A stretch of 64,000 bases of DNA from Mobula hypostoma. Taxonomy: Eukaryota. Of this stretch, positions 1 through 13,309 are shown piece by piece; positions within the stretch are counted from its first letter, which is position 1, and each line of letters opens with the position of its first letter. Made by a program: the position numbers and the translations under genes. Where the stretch lies: the NCBI RefSeq assembly GCF_963921235.1, contig NC_086097.1:67086001-67150000 (forward strand), given 5' to 3'. The notes beneath the pieces were generated by a model that did no database searches, had not been told where the DNA came from, and worked only from the letters and a program-made list of their open reading frames with translations.

Positions 1-91
1 ACTAGCCTTTTGTGTGGTATTTTATCAAATGTCTTCTGAAAATACACAAATATAATTTCCCCGGTACAAATTTATCACAAAAACACATTGA

Positions 92-448
92 CATAGAGAG
101 ATCATAGAGAGAAACAGTATGGAAAAATGCCCATCAGCTCCACAAGCCCATGCTGACTCTCGGCCACCCTTATACATTAATCCTATTTTTTATTCTCTAC
201 ACATTCTCCCCAAACCCACCCACCTCTCCCCCCATTCTACCATTACTTACACAAGTGAGGTATTTTACAGTGGTAATTAATCTACCAACATGCATATACT
301 GTACTTGGGATGTGGGAGGAAATGAACACTTGGAGAGCACCCAAGGGAGAATGTACAACCGTCCACAAAGGCAGCACCTAAGGTTAGGAGTGAACCGGGA
401 CCACTGATTCTGTCAGGCAGTGGTTCTACCAGTTGTGCCACTGTGTCA
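92..448 (-). mobile_element. tRNA-derived V-SINE (HE1-like), diverged
   Basis: Reverse complement gives a tRNA-like head near 448, a V-domain-like core (rc of GGATGTGGGAGGAAA...GAGAGCACCC, ~308-345) and a CR1-like (CTCTATG) tail at ~92-110. Confidence 0.6.
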
Positions 449-635
449 ACATGGTTTGATTGTATTAAGCTTTTCTAAATGACCAGTTATCTCCTTCTTG
501 ACTGTAGATTACACTACCATCCCAATAAGTGATGCTACATAAAGTTTCATGCTTTTTTTTTTAATTTTCCACCCTTCTTAAACACAGTTTTCCAGTCTAT
601 TGTACCCTACTGAAACAAATAATTCTCTTCTAATG

Positions 636-708
636 AACACAAGAAATTCTGCAGATGCTGGAAATCCGAAATAACACACACAAAATACTGGAAGAACTCA
701 GCAGGTCA
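636..708 (-). mobile_element. Penelope-like terminal repeat (tail) fragment
   Basis: AACACAAGAAATTCTGCAGATGCTGGAAATCC...ACACACAAAATACTGG resembles the pLTR end at 36905-36970. Confidence 0.6.
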
Positions 709-709
709 A

Positions 710-1960
710 ATCTCTACTAACCCTGTTGCCACTATACTTAATGACCATAAAATTCTGGTGATTTTTCTGCTTTCAATTTCAGTAATTTTTCTAATACTTT
801 GTGTAGGGATTTCTATAAATTCTTCCTTCCTATCTGAAGCCAGCCTTAGAATGCTTAAATGTTCTGTCATTTTCTCCATTCTTATTTTTAACTTTTTGCT
901 TTCAACCTCATGATCTATGTTTACTTCAGCCACCCTCTGTTTTGTTATACTGTATATCCATAAATGGATTGTGCAGTTTGTTCTGGTAGTACCTCTCAGT
1001 TTACTCCTGTAATTAATTTTCTCCCTCCCTGTTAACTTTTTACTCTTCCATTATTAGATCCTAAATAAATCCTACTCTCTTAGCCTACCACTGGGTTTTG
1101 CACTTTGTATACTTTACCTTTAGATGTGGTATTTTTCTCAATCTCCTTTGTTAGCCATGGATGATGGATCATCTTTCTCATTGAGCCTTTCTATTTGATT
1201 CGGATAAGTTTCTGCTATGCATTATGAAATATCAGCCAAATACTAGCCACTGCTCATCCTGCTTTTTAACTTATTTTTTCAATCCACTCCTTCATACCTT
1301 TATAATTGTCCCTTCTATTACTAAAATTAAGGACTCCTTTTGGACCCAAAGTGTTCACCCTCAGCTGTTTCTACCATGTTGTCATCACTGATCCACAGAT
1401 TCTCCTAAACAAGATTTTTATTATTCTACCTCATTATATCAGATTGAATCTAAAATGGCCTGTTCATGAGTAGTTTGAAAATGTATTGCTCTAAGAAGCA
1501 ATCACTGACGCCCTCCACAAGCTCTTCTTCAACAGTAGCCTTGTCAGTTTGATTAGTCAATCAAAATCACTTAATTAAAATTAAGATCACTTATAATTGT
1601 ACTTCATTTGTATCATTGGCATTTCACTATTTATGTTTTGTTCTACAAGTGAGGAAATATTTTGGGGCTTCCCATCTGTGTCATCTTTCCCCTGCTGTTC
1701 CTTATTTCCACCCAAACTAATTCCACTTTGCAATTTACTGCATCTATATCATTACTCACAAGGGCACTAATGCTCTTCTTAATTACTAATGCAACTTCAC
1801 CTCCTTTTTCATTTTGCCTTATCTTTTGTAGCATTGAATATCCTGGAACATCAAGTTCCTAGTCCTGCTCTCACCGCAATCTTGCCTTTCTTATAGTTAT
1901 AATATAAAACACGTTTCTTTCTATTTGTGCCATTGATTTATTTATGATTGCTCTGATAAA
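710..1960 (-). mobile_element. Old CR1 LINE ORF2 endonuclease-region fragment
   Basis: ORF 1643-1834 reads GGEVALVIKKSI...VELVWVEIRNSRGK, homologous to the CR1 EN segments at 34800-34930 and 46785-46900; many stops. Confidence 0.65.
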
Positions 1961-2849
1961 AAGTTTTCAAACTTTGAATTTTGAGAGTTATTACATACAT
2001 AGGTTCCAGTTCAGATCGTACTTTGATTTTTCCTTCATTATCCTGTGCCACTACTTGCTCATTTCCTTTTGAGGATGCAGGGAGGATGTGGTAGTCAGTA
2101 TGGACCAGTTAGGCCAAAGAGCTTTATCCTCACAATGACTCTGGTTCATTAAATTTGTTAGTTGAAAACCATAATGAATTATGGAATTATGATTAGAGAA
2201 TTTAAAAAATCAGTTCTTCTTCATCTATTCTACCAATTACTTCTTCAAAAAAATTCTAAATGGGTTTATTAGCCATAAATCCATAACATTGTATCACCAA
2301 TTAAGTTATTATAACAGCTTTTTCTTATAACAGGTATTTAACATAACATATATCGTTAAAGATTACCGTGGTAAATATATACTCTACGGGGTGACTAAAA
2401 TCAAATCCATTCATATTATATAGGTTATTTACATGTTTCACTGACTTTTTATGTGCATCATACATGTGAGCTTCATCAGTAATTACACTTACTGCAGAGA
2501 TGCATGTCTAGTAATTGCATCATAAACAGATTGGCTGTATTTTTGAGGTCACGCACATCCAAAATAAACATGCAACCATTCTGGTGATCGGGTAGAACAG
2601 TTTTAAAATATTTATATCCACAGAGTAAATGCCATTTTTTTTCCGAATTTTTTTTTTGAAAATTAGTTTTTCCTAAGATCTGCGATTATAGTTATACGTC
2701 GGTTTACAGCATGTACGATAACTAAAAAAGGCCGTGATTGTGCATTAAAGCAGGTCAGCTAACAAACGTTTTTGTTAAGATTTGAGCAGACGCTGTTGAC
2801 CTAAATCCTCCTTGCAAGGGTTTTCCAACTGTATTGCAAGCAGGTTGTT

Positions 2850-3850
2850 TTGCGCGTTTATTATTAACCTGCTCCGCTGCACGCCGCTCGGTCCGAGTGC
2901 GCTCTGCCTGACTGGGCGGAGAGGCAGAGCGCGAGCGCGCGCGCGCACAATCAGCAGGTGCCCTGTGGTCAGGGTTGGACAGACCATGTGGTGACTCTGG
3001 TGGTGGTGGTGCCGGTGCGGAGTGTGGACGTGCTTCGGCTGTTTCCTATCGGCCCAGCCCTGCCTCTCCTTCCAGGACCCCTGTGAATGGTCGAACCCAG
3101 CTGCCACCCCTCCCCCGCTCAGCTTGCAGCAGCTGAAGTAACGGTCCAGCGTTCGCTGCCGCTCCCATCCCGTGCGTGGCTGCTCACCGTTGCCACTCGA
3201 CATGGTGAGTTACTCTCGCCGAGCGCTCTCTCCTCCCTCCCCCCACACGACTCGGCCACTAACCCGTGTATTTTTACCCCAGCAGCCAGCCCCGCGCCGT
3301 TCGTTGTGTGCTTCTGGCGGGATGTGGTGGGCTCTGGAGGGTGGGTAGGGACGTTTCGAGGTTGCCGGCGAGCGCGGCCGCAGCCTGCAGCGGCCATTTT
3401 AACCTAATTTTAGCCGCTTGCAACGACTGGCTTGCATCTTGCATGGCGTTCGCCCCATGCTTGTCCGGTCAGTGTCCGGCGCTGGCGGCTGACCCACACC
3501 GTGACCACTCAGCTCGCCGTCTTCTCCCACCCCCTCCCTCGTTACAGTACCTGAAGCGTCCCGTTCAATTGAAAATGGATCACTGCGTGCGCTGCCGGTG
3601 AATGTCGGTGCGCAACACGGCCAGCCACTGCTGGGTTTTGTACACAGCCGCCGTGGGAGAGCACGGCAGGGTAATGGGGGTGGGGGGAGTGAAGTGGCGG
3701 AGCTATGACGGACGGAGCAGATTTGCTAACACATTTTATACCCAAGTATGAATCCCGGGGCCATTTGGTCTTTACTTTCCACAGCCATTTATTGCGGTGC
3801 TGTGAAGCGCACAGGAGCGGGCAGCTTAGCCTCGTAATATAGAGGTTCGA
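2850..3850 (+). promoter_or_regulatory. CpG island / promoter and first exon region of CFL2
   Basis: Sharp GC- and CpG-rich block in an AT-rich background. GC box GGGCGG at 2914-2919, a (GC)n run at ~2929-2946 and E-boxes CAGGTG/CAGCTG; it contains the ATG-only exon 1. Confidence 0.8.
3202..3204 (+). CDS. CFL2: Cofilin-2 coding exon 1 (start codon only)
   Basis: GACATG|GTGAGT, a perfect donor directly after ATG. An ATG-only first coding exon is the canonical vertebrate ADF/cofilin structure, and it splices in phase 0 to ASGVTVN. Confidence 0.85.
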
Positions 3851-4479
3851 CAACTATTCGTATGTTTTTATTTGAATCTTTGACTTGTTAAATCTCTTAC
3901 CTTTTTTTTAAAAAAACGAATGCGCCCATTGCGACCTGTAAAAGGGGGTAGAGTCAGGAGATGGTGGACAGGATTGTGCACAATGGCCTGAGTCACCAAG
4001 ATACCGCTCGTGGTTTCGACAGAAAATATTTTGCCATTGTTTTAAATCAGTGCTGTGCCGGTTTACCGGTGCCTTTTCTATTTCAAGGATTGACCATGAT
4101 AATTTGCTGTAAAGGTATAAGGTAGTTAAAATATAAGTGGATTTCTGTGGTTGGATTCTTTTGTTACATTGAGCTCAAAGGCTCCCCCGCCGTCTGTCGC
4201 ATACCACAATTTGCTGTAATTTGTGTCAGAATCACTGCATCATTACAAGTGATGCTGCTTTTGGCATCGGTGCCTTAACTTGCGCAGTAAAATGAATAGG
4301 TGGCCTCTATCCCCAGTTCACGTTTTTATTAATTCTTGAAACGTGTGTTTATTAAATTGTATTTTAAATATTTTTGAAGTAATAAACGCTGGATTACTGA
4401 TTTCCAGTGCTGTGTTGCACCACCTATAAGATGTATGCAAAGCTCATTTTCTGTCTTTAATTTTTCTTATTTCAAAAAG

Positions 4480-4787
4480 GCCTCTGGAGTAACAGTGAAC
4501 GATGAAGTTATTAAAGTCTTCAATGACATGAAAGTAAGGAAATCTTCATCCCCAGAAGAAGTCAAAAAAAGAAAGAAAGCAGTACTGTTCTGCCTTAGTG
4601 AAGATAAAAAACAGATAATTGTAGAGGAAGCCAAAGAAATATTGGTGGGTGAAATTGGGGGAACTGTGCAGGACCCCTACACATCCTTTGTTAAGTTACT
4701 ACCTTCGACTGACTGTCGTTATGCTTTGTATGATGCTACATACGAGACAAAAGAATCCAAGAAAGAAGATTTGGTATTTATATTTTG
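4480..4787 (+). CDS. CFL2: Cofilin-2 coding exon 2
   Basis: AG|GCCTCT acceptor and TG|GTATGT donor; 308 nt; [23 protein letters not shown]...[29 protein letters not shown]...[25 protein letters not shown](W). The ASGVTVN start is CFL2-type. Confidence 0.97.
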
Positions 4788-4899
4788 GTATGTATTTTTA
4801 AAAATAATTTGTGTAGATTTTGTTAAGGCTTGTATATATTGCCAAACGTTACATCAGTATTGAAGATGGGTATTAACATTCATCCTTTATCTCACTCAG

Positions 4900-4976
4900 G
4901 GCTCCAGAGAAGGCAAGCCTTAAAAGCAAGATGATATACGCTAGCTCAAAGGATGCTATTAAAAAGAAATTTACAG
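4900..4976 (+). CDS. CFL2: Cofilin-2 coding exon 3
   Basis: CAG|G acceptor and G|GTTAT donor; 77 nt; (W)[25 protein letters not shown](G). Confidence 0.97.
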
Positions 4977-5057
4977 GTTATAGATTTTACTATGTTAAAA
5001 GTTGTTTACATTGATATGGTTTAACAACATATTCAGTACATTTTATTTATTTTTCAG

Positions 5058-5182
5058 GTATTAAACATGAATGGCAAGTTAATGCAATAGATGAAATTCA
5101 GGACCGTAATACGCTTGCAGAGAAACTGGGCGGCAATGTGGTGGTTTCACTTGAAGGAATAACCTTGCACAATGACAATTGA
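5058..5182 (+). CDS. CFL2: Cofilin-2 coding exon 4 (to stop)
   Basis: TTTTCAG|GT acceptor; (G)[40 protein letters not shown] with TGA at 5180-5182. Total CDS 3+308+77+125=513 nt, 170 aa. Confidence 0.96.
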
Positions 5183-6129
5183 GTGCCATCTTGACCCAAG
5201 GAGCTTCCATTCCTGCAGCTCTATTATAATTTGATCAGAGTTGGAATAGTTTAGAGTTTTTTTTCCACGTAAAGGAGATCTCATTAACTTAAAGCAGCCA
5301 ATTGGCGGTTGCGCTTAGACTGTTTGATCCCTGTAGTTTTATGTAGAATCTCAAGGAATGCTTTCACATCGTTCATTCTAGCCAAAAAAATTGTTGTTGC
5401 ATGCATTCCTTGTTCCTTGTACAATGAATGTGAACGTTTATGTGAGTAGTTTAGAACACTAAGTATAAACTTTTGAAAACCGTGTGTATTGTCCACTGGT
5501 CAGGTGGTAGCCATCAGTTCATTACTGTAATTGTTGAAATTGCACTTGATCACAGTTCCATGAGGCTCTTGTGCATTCATAATCCACTCCTGCCTTGATA
5601 TAGTTTTGTCATGGCAGTATGTGTTCTACACTTTTCATCAAAAGCACTTTTGGTAACACTTTTTGTTTTTAAAAAAAAGAATAAGGAATGCCAACCAAGT
5701 CTCTGTAGTTGCGTCATCAGTGAATTGTAGCTCTTGCATTTTTCATTCCTGTTGTGCAGACCTTAAGGAAGGAGTTGTTTATGTTGCCTTTTGTTTCCAG
5801 TGGAATGTACACTACTGAAAAAGAATGGGAGTCAAAGTTTACCATGTTAATCTTTTTCAACATTGAAAAGACATGCAAAATTAGTCATGATGGCAGTTAC
5901 TGTATACTGGAGCCTTAAATGGAACATTGTTTTTGAGATCAGAAATTTGGCCACGCTTACAATAAAAATTGTGTGGTTTATGGCCGATTGCTGCTCTGTT
6001 TTTATTTTTAATGATAAGTATGCTATTGAGAAAATTGCAACTTTCACTCATTCAGTGTGATCCTCCTTTGTAATGCGTAATATTTTCAGTTTGCTCTGGT
6101 GTTTTAATTCCATACTTTTTCAAAACTGG

Positions 6130-6135
6130 AATAAA
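6130..6135 (+). terminator. Candidate CFL2 polyadenylation signal (AATAAA); another at 5961-5966
   Basis: AATAAA about 950 nt after the stop, followed by GT-rich sequence. The real 3' end may lie further downstream. Confidence 0.4.
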
Positions 6136-9100
6136 AATGTGTTAAGTTGGTACTCCCAAATTAGTACATTGAAATATTACATGATATTGGTTGGTTTTGG
6201 TCAAGCTTCAACTTGCTGATAAGTTAAATAGGTTAGTAGCAAGAACTGATCCTGAAGGTAACTGGTGCATTAGAGATGCTAGTGTTTTATTAGAATATTG
6301 TCTGATTGCAATCAAACAAATTCTTCATTACTTAAATTCATAAGACCAGACAAGTTGATCTTGGCCCTGGAACTTTTTGTACAGAGTTCAAGATACTTGG
6401 ACTAATACTGAATATTTAAATAGAATAGACAAATTTTAAAACACTCTGGAATTCTAAGATTTTAGTGTATATAGAATTCCTTGTGTTAACTTTGAGAAGA
6501 TGGTTTTAGTTACACTTGGATGTTGGCTATTAGTTACTGGATTTGGCTGAATGCCAACAGTTGCTCTCCTGCTAGAGAATTTGATCTGTATGCTGTGAGC
6601 AATCCTTTGCTAGTCAGAGCTATTTATGGGAAACGCATGCTTTTGTGTCCTGTCATCCTTGTCCACAAATGGCAAAACTGGACATAGTTCCAATGCTGGA
6701 TAAAAGCAAGCATAGCTGCCAAATATTACATGTTCAAAGAATGCATTTCTAGAATGATTGGGGGGGGGGGTTTGAAGCTGAATGTTAACTGTCTAAAGAA
6801 ATGGAATTTCTAAGTAGTTTTGCCGAGAAACTTAATTTTTTTTGCTTCAAAGTAAATTTACTTATTTGAAACTATATGCAATTTGTATTCTTTAAATGAA
6901 ATTTTAATTGTGCAGGCATGTTTAAATGTTAACTTGATTTTTTTTAAAAAAACTTCTTTGCAATCAGGTGGCTGAAGGTAGTGGGAAAGGTTCATTAAGT
7001 TGTAAAATGGTGTATAAATGAGCCTATAAATACTTTGAAGGTAATTTGGTATTTTCGGCAGTCTGTATTCATAAAGGTACAGTTGAGTTTCAGAATTGTT
7101 TGAATTTAATGTCTTGAGTATTTGGTGTTTAAGAATTTTTTGTTTTAACTAAATATAAGTGCAGTAATATCTTGTACATTTGGAGGACATCATTGAGTAT
7201 AGCAGTTTTTATTTGAAGATTTAATTACAGCATTTTTAAAAAACAGACCAAGCAACATCTTGAGGCTGTTATTCAATTGCTAACCTGACTCATAACACCA
7301 CTCATGGACTTTGTCTCATAATCTTTAATACACTATTGCCCTGATCAAAAACATACAAATTTCCAGTAAACTAAATTATTTGGAATTAGTTGTGCTAAGT
7401 GCTTTTTGATATTTATCTTTTGAATATTAAGGTTATAGTCTTGTTGAGGAACCATTCTCTTCTAACCTTGTCAATTTTTCAGTAATATTTAAATTTCTTT
7501 GTTTGCAGTGCTTCAATTTTAGATTTTTTGGCAGCAACTAGGTCATTGTGTAGAAACCAGAGCTCTTACCGACAGCCTACAATTTGTAATATTATCCAAA
7601 GAGTTGAAGGTAACGGGCACAATTTACTGCTAAGTATGTTTTGTAGCAAATGGTTTTGTAGACGAAATCTGTAGCCAACATCCTTTTACAGGGAAATACC
7701 AACAAATTTTCAATTTTGTTTTAGAAGTCTTGAAAAATGCAATGAATGGAATATGGATATATTGTAAAAATGAGAATTAGTTAGCTAATGACACTTTGAA
7801 TAGGTATTTTGTAAACCTTTTACTCTAAATTTTGACATTTTTGAAAAATTAAATGAAAGGAAGCAGTAGTTGTATAGGTTGAGAATTTTTGTATCCTAAA
7901 ATTGCCTATTTAAAAATGAGTGGGGGGAATGACAATGGGTAAAGAGGAAATGGGGAAGGATAACAAAAAAAAGCTTGATCATGTGTTCAAAATTGTTAAA
8001 ACATAACAAGTGATAAACCTTGTATTCTGTGGATTAGGGTTAAATTCTTCTGAGTAAGTGTACACTGGAGGTTATTTAAGATTGCTCAGGATTGGGGAAG
8101 CGAAAGAGGATTTTTGGCAATGGTTTAAGATGTTTGGAGTTCAGAAGTTGTCCCAGTCAGCAAGGTTAGAAATATTGAAATGGGTTGAAGCTATTGTAGA
8201 TTTTAAAAAAAATATTTAAAGGTTAGAAGCCAATTTGTACTTTGATCAAGGCTTTGTGCAAAGAGTATTAGGTGGATACAGTTGTATCACAGAATTAATG
8301 ATTAAATGGATAGTGATAAGCTTTAATTCTAAATTTTAGTAAAGGCCCAACCCAATAATCAATAAAACTTTTTGTATAATATTATATCGGAATTCAAATT
8401 TAACATGGTGCCATATATGGTGTTTGATAATTCATTTGTAATCATGCCACTAAGATTTAAATATAATTTGTATAGCATTTGAATTATGCCAATTCCATTT
8501 TGTAGCATACATGTATGTGGATTGATTATTGTTATTTAGTTGCTGTATAGTATCCTGTGGTCAGAGGATTTCAAATGGAAAAGCAGAAGAATCCCAGGTA
8601 ATAAAATTTTTTTAATATATTTGCCTACTAGAACTTGATGTCAACATAAGAAAACTGAAAAGCCAGAAATCTTGTTGGTTTTGATCACTGGTACAGTCAC
8701 AATAAGAGTTAAGTAGTCACCTTGGGGTTGGGGGTGGAAGAAGTCTGTTGTCTTGGAACTAAACAACATCTCAACTGATATACAGAAAGAATGAATCCCT
8801 TAATCATTTGTCATTCTCTGGTCAAAAGCTACAATTAAAGATTCTGTATTTTTGAAACAATAGCCATGGAGCAGCTGTTAGAAAGGATTAGCATAGTTGT
8901 GTACTGTGGGAGCTACAACAATAGTATATATTTTTGGAGATGGACAGTTTTCTATTAATGCTCGTCAATTTTAATTCTATCCTGATGAGTATCCTGATGA
9001 GAGGAGAAGCATTTCAGTTTTGAGATTTGTAGCTACTCAGCAAATTGGATATACTGCAAATGTACTTTGCCTGTTGCATGTTCTGTTTCAATAAGGGCGT

Positions 9101-9449
9101 GGAGGTAATTAAACTATATTAGCATAATTTATTGCAAATTGATTTTGGCTATTGTTGCTATCATAGATTTGGATGTGATAAAATGGGGTTGGATTTTGTC
9201 ACCTTTTGAGATTGAAGCAAAATACAGCAAGTTGTATTCCAAGTCTGTGGACAGTTCTTGAAATGAATTAAAGCAGATTATTTCAGCATCTATTTGTAAT
9301 CAAATTCATGCTTAAAAATTGAGCAACCAGCATTAATGTCTGCTGCTTAAGAAATGAAAATGCAAATGGTTTAAATTATTAATCCTTGAAAATATGGCTA
9401 TCCAATTAATCGATCTATTAAGTGAAACCATTTAAAATGAGGAAATTGA

Positions 9450-11170
9450 AATTTGGTTTATTATTGTCACATGAACAAAGATACTGTGGAAAAACTTAGT
9501 TTTGCAAGCCATCCATACAGATCATTTCAAAACATCTGTATTATGATAATATAAGGGAAAATTAATAGCAGAATTTAGAATAGTGTTACAGAGAAAATGC
9601 AGTGCAGGCAGATGAGGTGCAAGGGCCTTGACTAGGTGGATTTGAGGTAGAGACTTCATCAATAACATACAAGAGGTCTGTTCATGAACCTTACAACAGC
9701 AAGGTAGAAACTGTCTTTGAGTTGGAGTATTTTTTCAAGCTTTTGTCCACTGTTCCCTGAAAAGGGGAGATGAGAAAATCTGGGTGGGGGCAGTCTTTGT
9801 TATGCTGGCTGAGGCAGTGAGAAGTACAGATGGTGTTGATGGAGGGGAGGCTGGTTTTGCGATGGACTGAGCCGTGTCTACAACTATCTGCAATTTTTTT
9901 AGATTTTGGGCAGAGAGTTAACATATTAAACTGATGCAACTGGATAGGTACAAACTCTATTCTTGTGATGGTCATTGAGATGCATCCTTCCCCATGTATA
10001 TGCTTGAATAAAATCTGCAAACTTTTGTCCATCACATTCCACGTATAATCTTACAATTAGACAGCAGTCAGTCAAAAATGAAATCAGGTTTATTTTGCAC
10101 GAGAATATTAATGCCCAAACAACTGGAGCCTTTAAGATTTTTCAAAGGAGCGAAAAGCACAAAATGGAACTGAGCTGCACATGATGAAGTGTAAGTGGCT
10201 TTTTGGATCGGGGCCAATTTTATTCATCATATGCATATATGTATATTAAAGTTATGCTGTGGCATGTTAACATGACATGCAACAAAAACAACATTCAACA
10301 ATTATAAGAATAAATACATAAAAAATAAACTTGGTTAGAGTATGGATATGGAATAAAATCCATAAATACCATGTACTTACAGTGTAAAAGCATTATAGAA
10401 AGAGGTTTAAAATGTTTATAGTGCAGTGACTGAGGTTGATAGAGGGAGATGAGGTGCCTATCCAGAATGGCTAATCAGATTAAGTTCCTGGTGGAATTAA
10501 CTTTTAAGATGGTGTTAAGTTTTTGTTTTAATATCCCTAAAGCACTTTCCAGAAGAGCATTTGGAAAAGGAAGTTTGCTAGGTGGGTAGTATCCGCAAAT
10601 ATTTTTCCTGCCCGATTCGTTGCTTTGGACATATCCAAGCCTGTAGTGATTGTAGACTGCAGCCAGTGACCTTTTCAGCTGAGTTGACAGTTTGTTGTGG
10701 TTTTCATACTGTGAGAGGATGCTGCACCAAACCAGAGTAATGGCTAATGTGTGGATGTTCTGAAAGCAGTGTAGAGTTGAATCAGTATGTTCCGGAGAAG
10801 GTAGAATTTTACCAGCTGCTAGAAGTACATCTCCACTAAGCCTTTTTGTTTAAAGGAGATTTCGTTCTTGAACAATGTTCTGCAAAATAATGATGCCTAG
10901 GAGCCTGAATATTGAAACATTACTAATTGTAGAGCCGATGAGTGGGTGGAAAGGCAACACATTACTCTTGAAGTCAATATTCATCGTCATTAAGAGCTGT
11001 TGTGATTGCACCAGGACCCTAGCTTGTTTACTTTTGGGTAGTACTTGGATTTGTTGCCTCTGGTTCGTCTAATGACAGTAGTGTCATCTGCAAACTTTTA
11101 TCAGTTTAACAGATGGATCACTGGATTCAATCATTGGTGTACAGAGAAAAAAGGGAGAGAACACACCTAT
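9450..11170 (-). mobile_element. Decayed Rex1/Babar-type LINE 3' fragments (at least two pieces)
   Basis: Minus strand reads KTSLPSINTICTSHCL (ORF 9691-10035) and KLIKFADDTTV near 11075-11105; GGTTTATT-type 3' tails at ~9455 and ~10087. Confidence 0.55.
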
Positions 11171-12274
11171 AGAGTTTGTAGCCGTCTTTGCCCTTTTTTT
11201 AATTAGAATATTTTACAATGATTTTTTGCTGACTTGCATTGAGCTGACTCACCAATATTCTGTTATTAAACCCAGGCTAGGCCTATTCATTTTGTGCAAC
11301 AATGAATAGTCTATCATAGCTATCATTGACAAATTTGCTTATGGTAAGATTTAGTATTAATCTTTCATAGTCCCCACTTCATCAAAGAATTCTCCAATCA
11401 TCGTGCTGAATTTGTCTTGCCTGGTTACTCATTTACTCAGGATGCAGTGTTAATTTTATTGATCCTGCCCACATTGCACTAGGTAGTAAGGTCTTTGTAA
11501 ATGGGTCTTGTATTCTTGGCTGCTGAGGCATTGTTCCTGGAAAAATTTGAAAGCTGAACTGAAAAAATAATTTGCAAAGTGAATTAATATTTGTGAAATG
11601 TGTGACCTGTGTAAAAGTGAACAAGTATTTATTAGCTGTACTAAACTAAATTGTAAACCGAGAATACTCTTTGAAGTCAGAAGGATCTCTGATCAGAAAG
11701 ATGATAGTGACAGCTTAAAACTGAGAATTCCCAGCAAGATTGATCTGTTATGGAGTAGTGAAGTGTTGTGACAGATATGGCACCATCTTATCACTAAGGC
11801 GAGGACTAATGTGTTCTACCCTGTCTTAAAGAAGAGACACGAAGTTTCAAAGACTAACAGTAAAGTTTCTCATCAGAATTGCTCACTCCAGTCCAGCAGG
11901 ATTCACCCCCAATGTTTTAAATAAAAGGATCAGTGCTAGAATCCTTGATGGTGATGTATATTAACCATTTGGAGGATAAGGAGTAAATTAATGGATGGTA
12001 AAGAAACTTGTCTAAGGCTACAGTAGGATTTAGATCAGATGGAAACTTGGATGAAGCATTGCAGAGGAAAAATACTGAATTGTGGAGGCACTCATGAATG
12101 TTGATTGGAGTTCATTCATTGTTCCTTGAAAGTGGCAGCACAGGTAAATGGGTGGTGAAAAAGGCATATAGCGTGTTTACTTTAATTAGGTGGGACATAG
12201 AATACATAGATTGGCACATTAGATTGTGGAGTATTAGGTTCATTTCTGTTTGTCACAGGAAGAATTGAAAGACA

Positions 12275-12990
12275 TTCTGCAGATGTAGAAACACAAAACA
12301 ATATGTACAAAATGCTTTAGAAATTCAGCTGGTCAGGTAGCATCTGTGGAAATGAACAAACAGTAGATGTTTCGGGAAGAGAACCTTCAGGACTGGAAAG
12401 ATAGGGTAGGGTAAGATTACAGAATAAAAAGGTGAAGGGAGGGGAAGGGTAGCTAGAAAGTGATGGGTGAAGCCAACTGGATGGGAAGGGTAAAGGGCTG
12501 GAGATGAAGGATTCTGATATAAGAGTTGAGTGGACCATTGGAGAAAGGAGAGGGGGAGGGAATTTTTTTAAATATTGGAATGAGAACTCAATATTCATGC
12601 CTTCAGGTTGGAGTATTCTATAGTATGCAAATCTGCTGGAGTCTAAGGCAGCAATAGTTGGCCTGTGAATCTACTGGGATTGTGTATTGTATTCAGTGCT
12701 CCCGATGTGGACTCCTACGTTGGTGAGACCTGTCATGAATTGAGGGACTGCTTCATTGAGCATATCTGCTCTGTCTGCCAAAAGTGCAACTTCCTGTTTA
12801 ATTCTGATTCCCATTCCCATACCAACATGTTGGGCCATAACCTTTCTTTCTGGCACAATGAGGCTATCCTCAAGAGTGGAGGAGTAACATTATATTCTGT
12901 CTGGGTAGCTTTCAATCTAATGGTATGAATATCGATTTCTCCTTCCAGTTAAAATAAAAATTTCACTCCCCATTACTCCCTAACCCATTC
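12275..12990. mobile_element. Old Penelope-like element with inverted arms (minus pLTR + plus GIY-YIG fragment)
   Basis: 12275-12620 is a diverged reverse copy of the pLTR and ORF end. 12665-12940 encodes YVGETCHELRDCFIEHICSVCQK...HSHT on +. Confidence 0.7.
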
Positions 12991-13309
12991 ACGTCCTAGC
13001 TCCTAAAAACTTTTCTATCCCAAGTCAGAACTTAATTCATTGCTGTTGCTTCAGTTAATCTCTTGTGGAGGTTCATAAAATGATTGTGAAAGTCCAAATT
13101 ACAATGGTTTCTGCTTTGGCAGTAATACCATTAACATTTTATTATGCTTGAAGCTAATTTGTTGCTAGGTTAAGTTACTGAAGATTGTCTTACTCAGAAT
13201 AATGGTACATACAAAGGAAATCTTGAGAATTTGAGTGCATTTGTAAAGTACAAGTTAAAGTAAAAGGGGGGGGTCATTAATCCCCTTTTTAAAATTGAAC
13301 TACTTCATT

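Noticed and set aside
2775..3853. Cluster of overlapping 60-142 aa ORFs
   Set aside because: A by-product of the GC-rich CpG island (few stops); no recognisable protein similarity.
3961..3969. Possible alternative ATG-only first exon of CFL2 (ATG|GTGGAC)
   Set aside because: Mammalian CFL2 has alternative first exons, but this donor is weak and there is no other support.
4435..4863. 142-aa ORF as a single-exon cofilin
   Set aside because: It is exon 2 read through flanking intron. Splice sites at 4479/4480 and 4787/4788 give the canonical protein.
8978..9001. TATCCTGATGAG x2, resembling a hammerhead core or snoRNA box
   Set aside because: No properly placed stem II/GAAA/NUH or terminal stem; it is a simple 12-bp tandem duplication.
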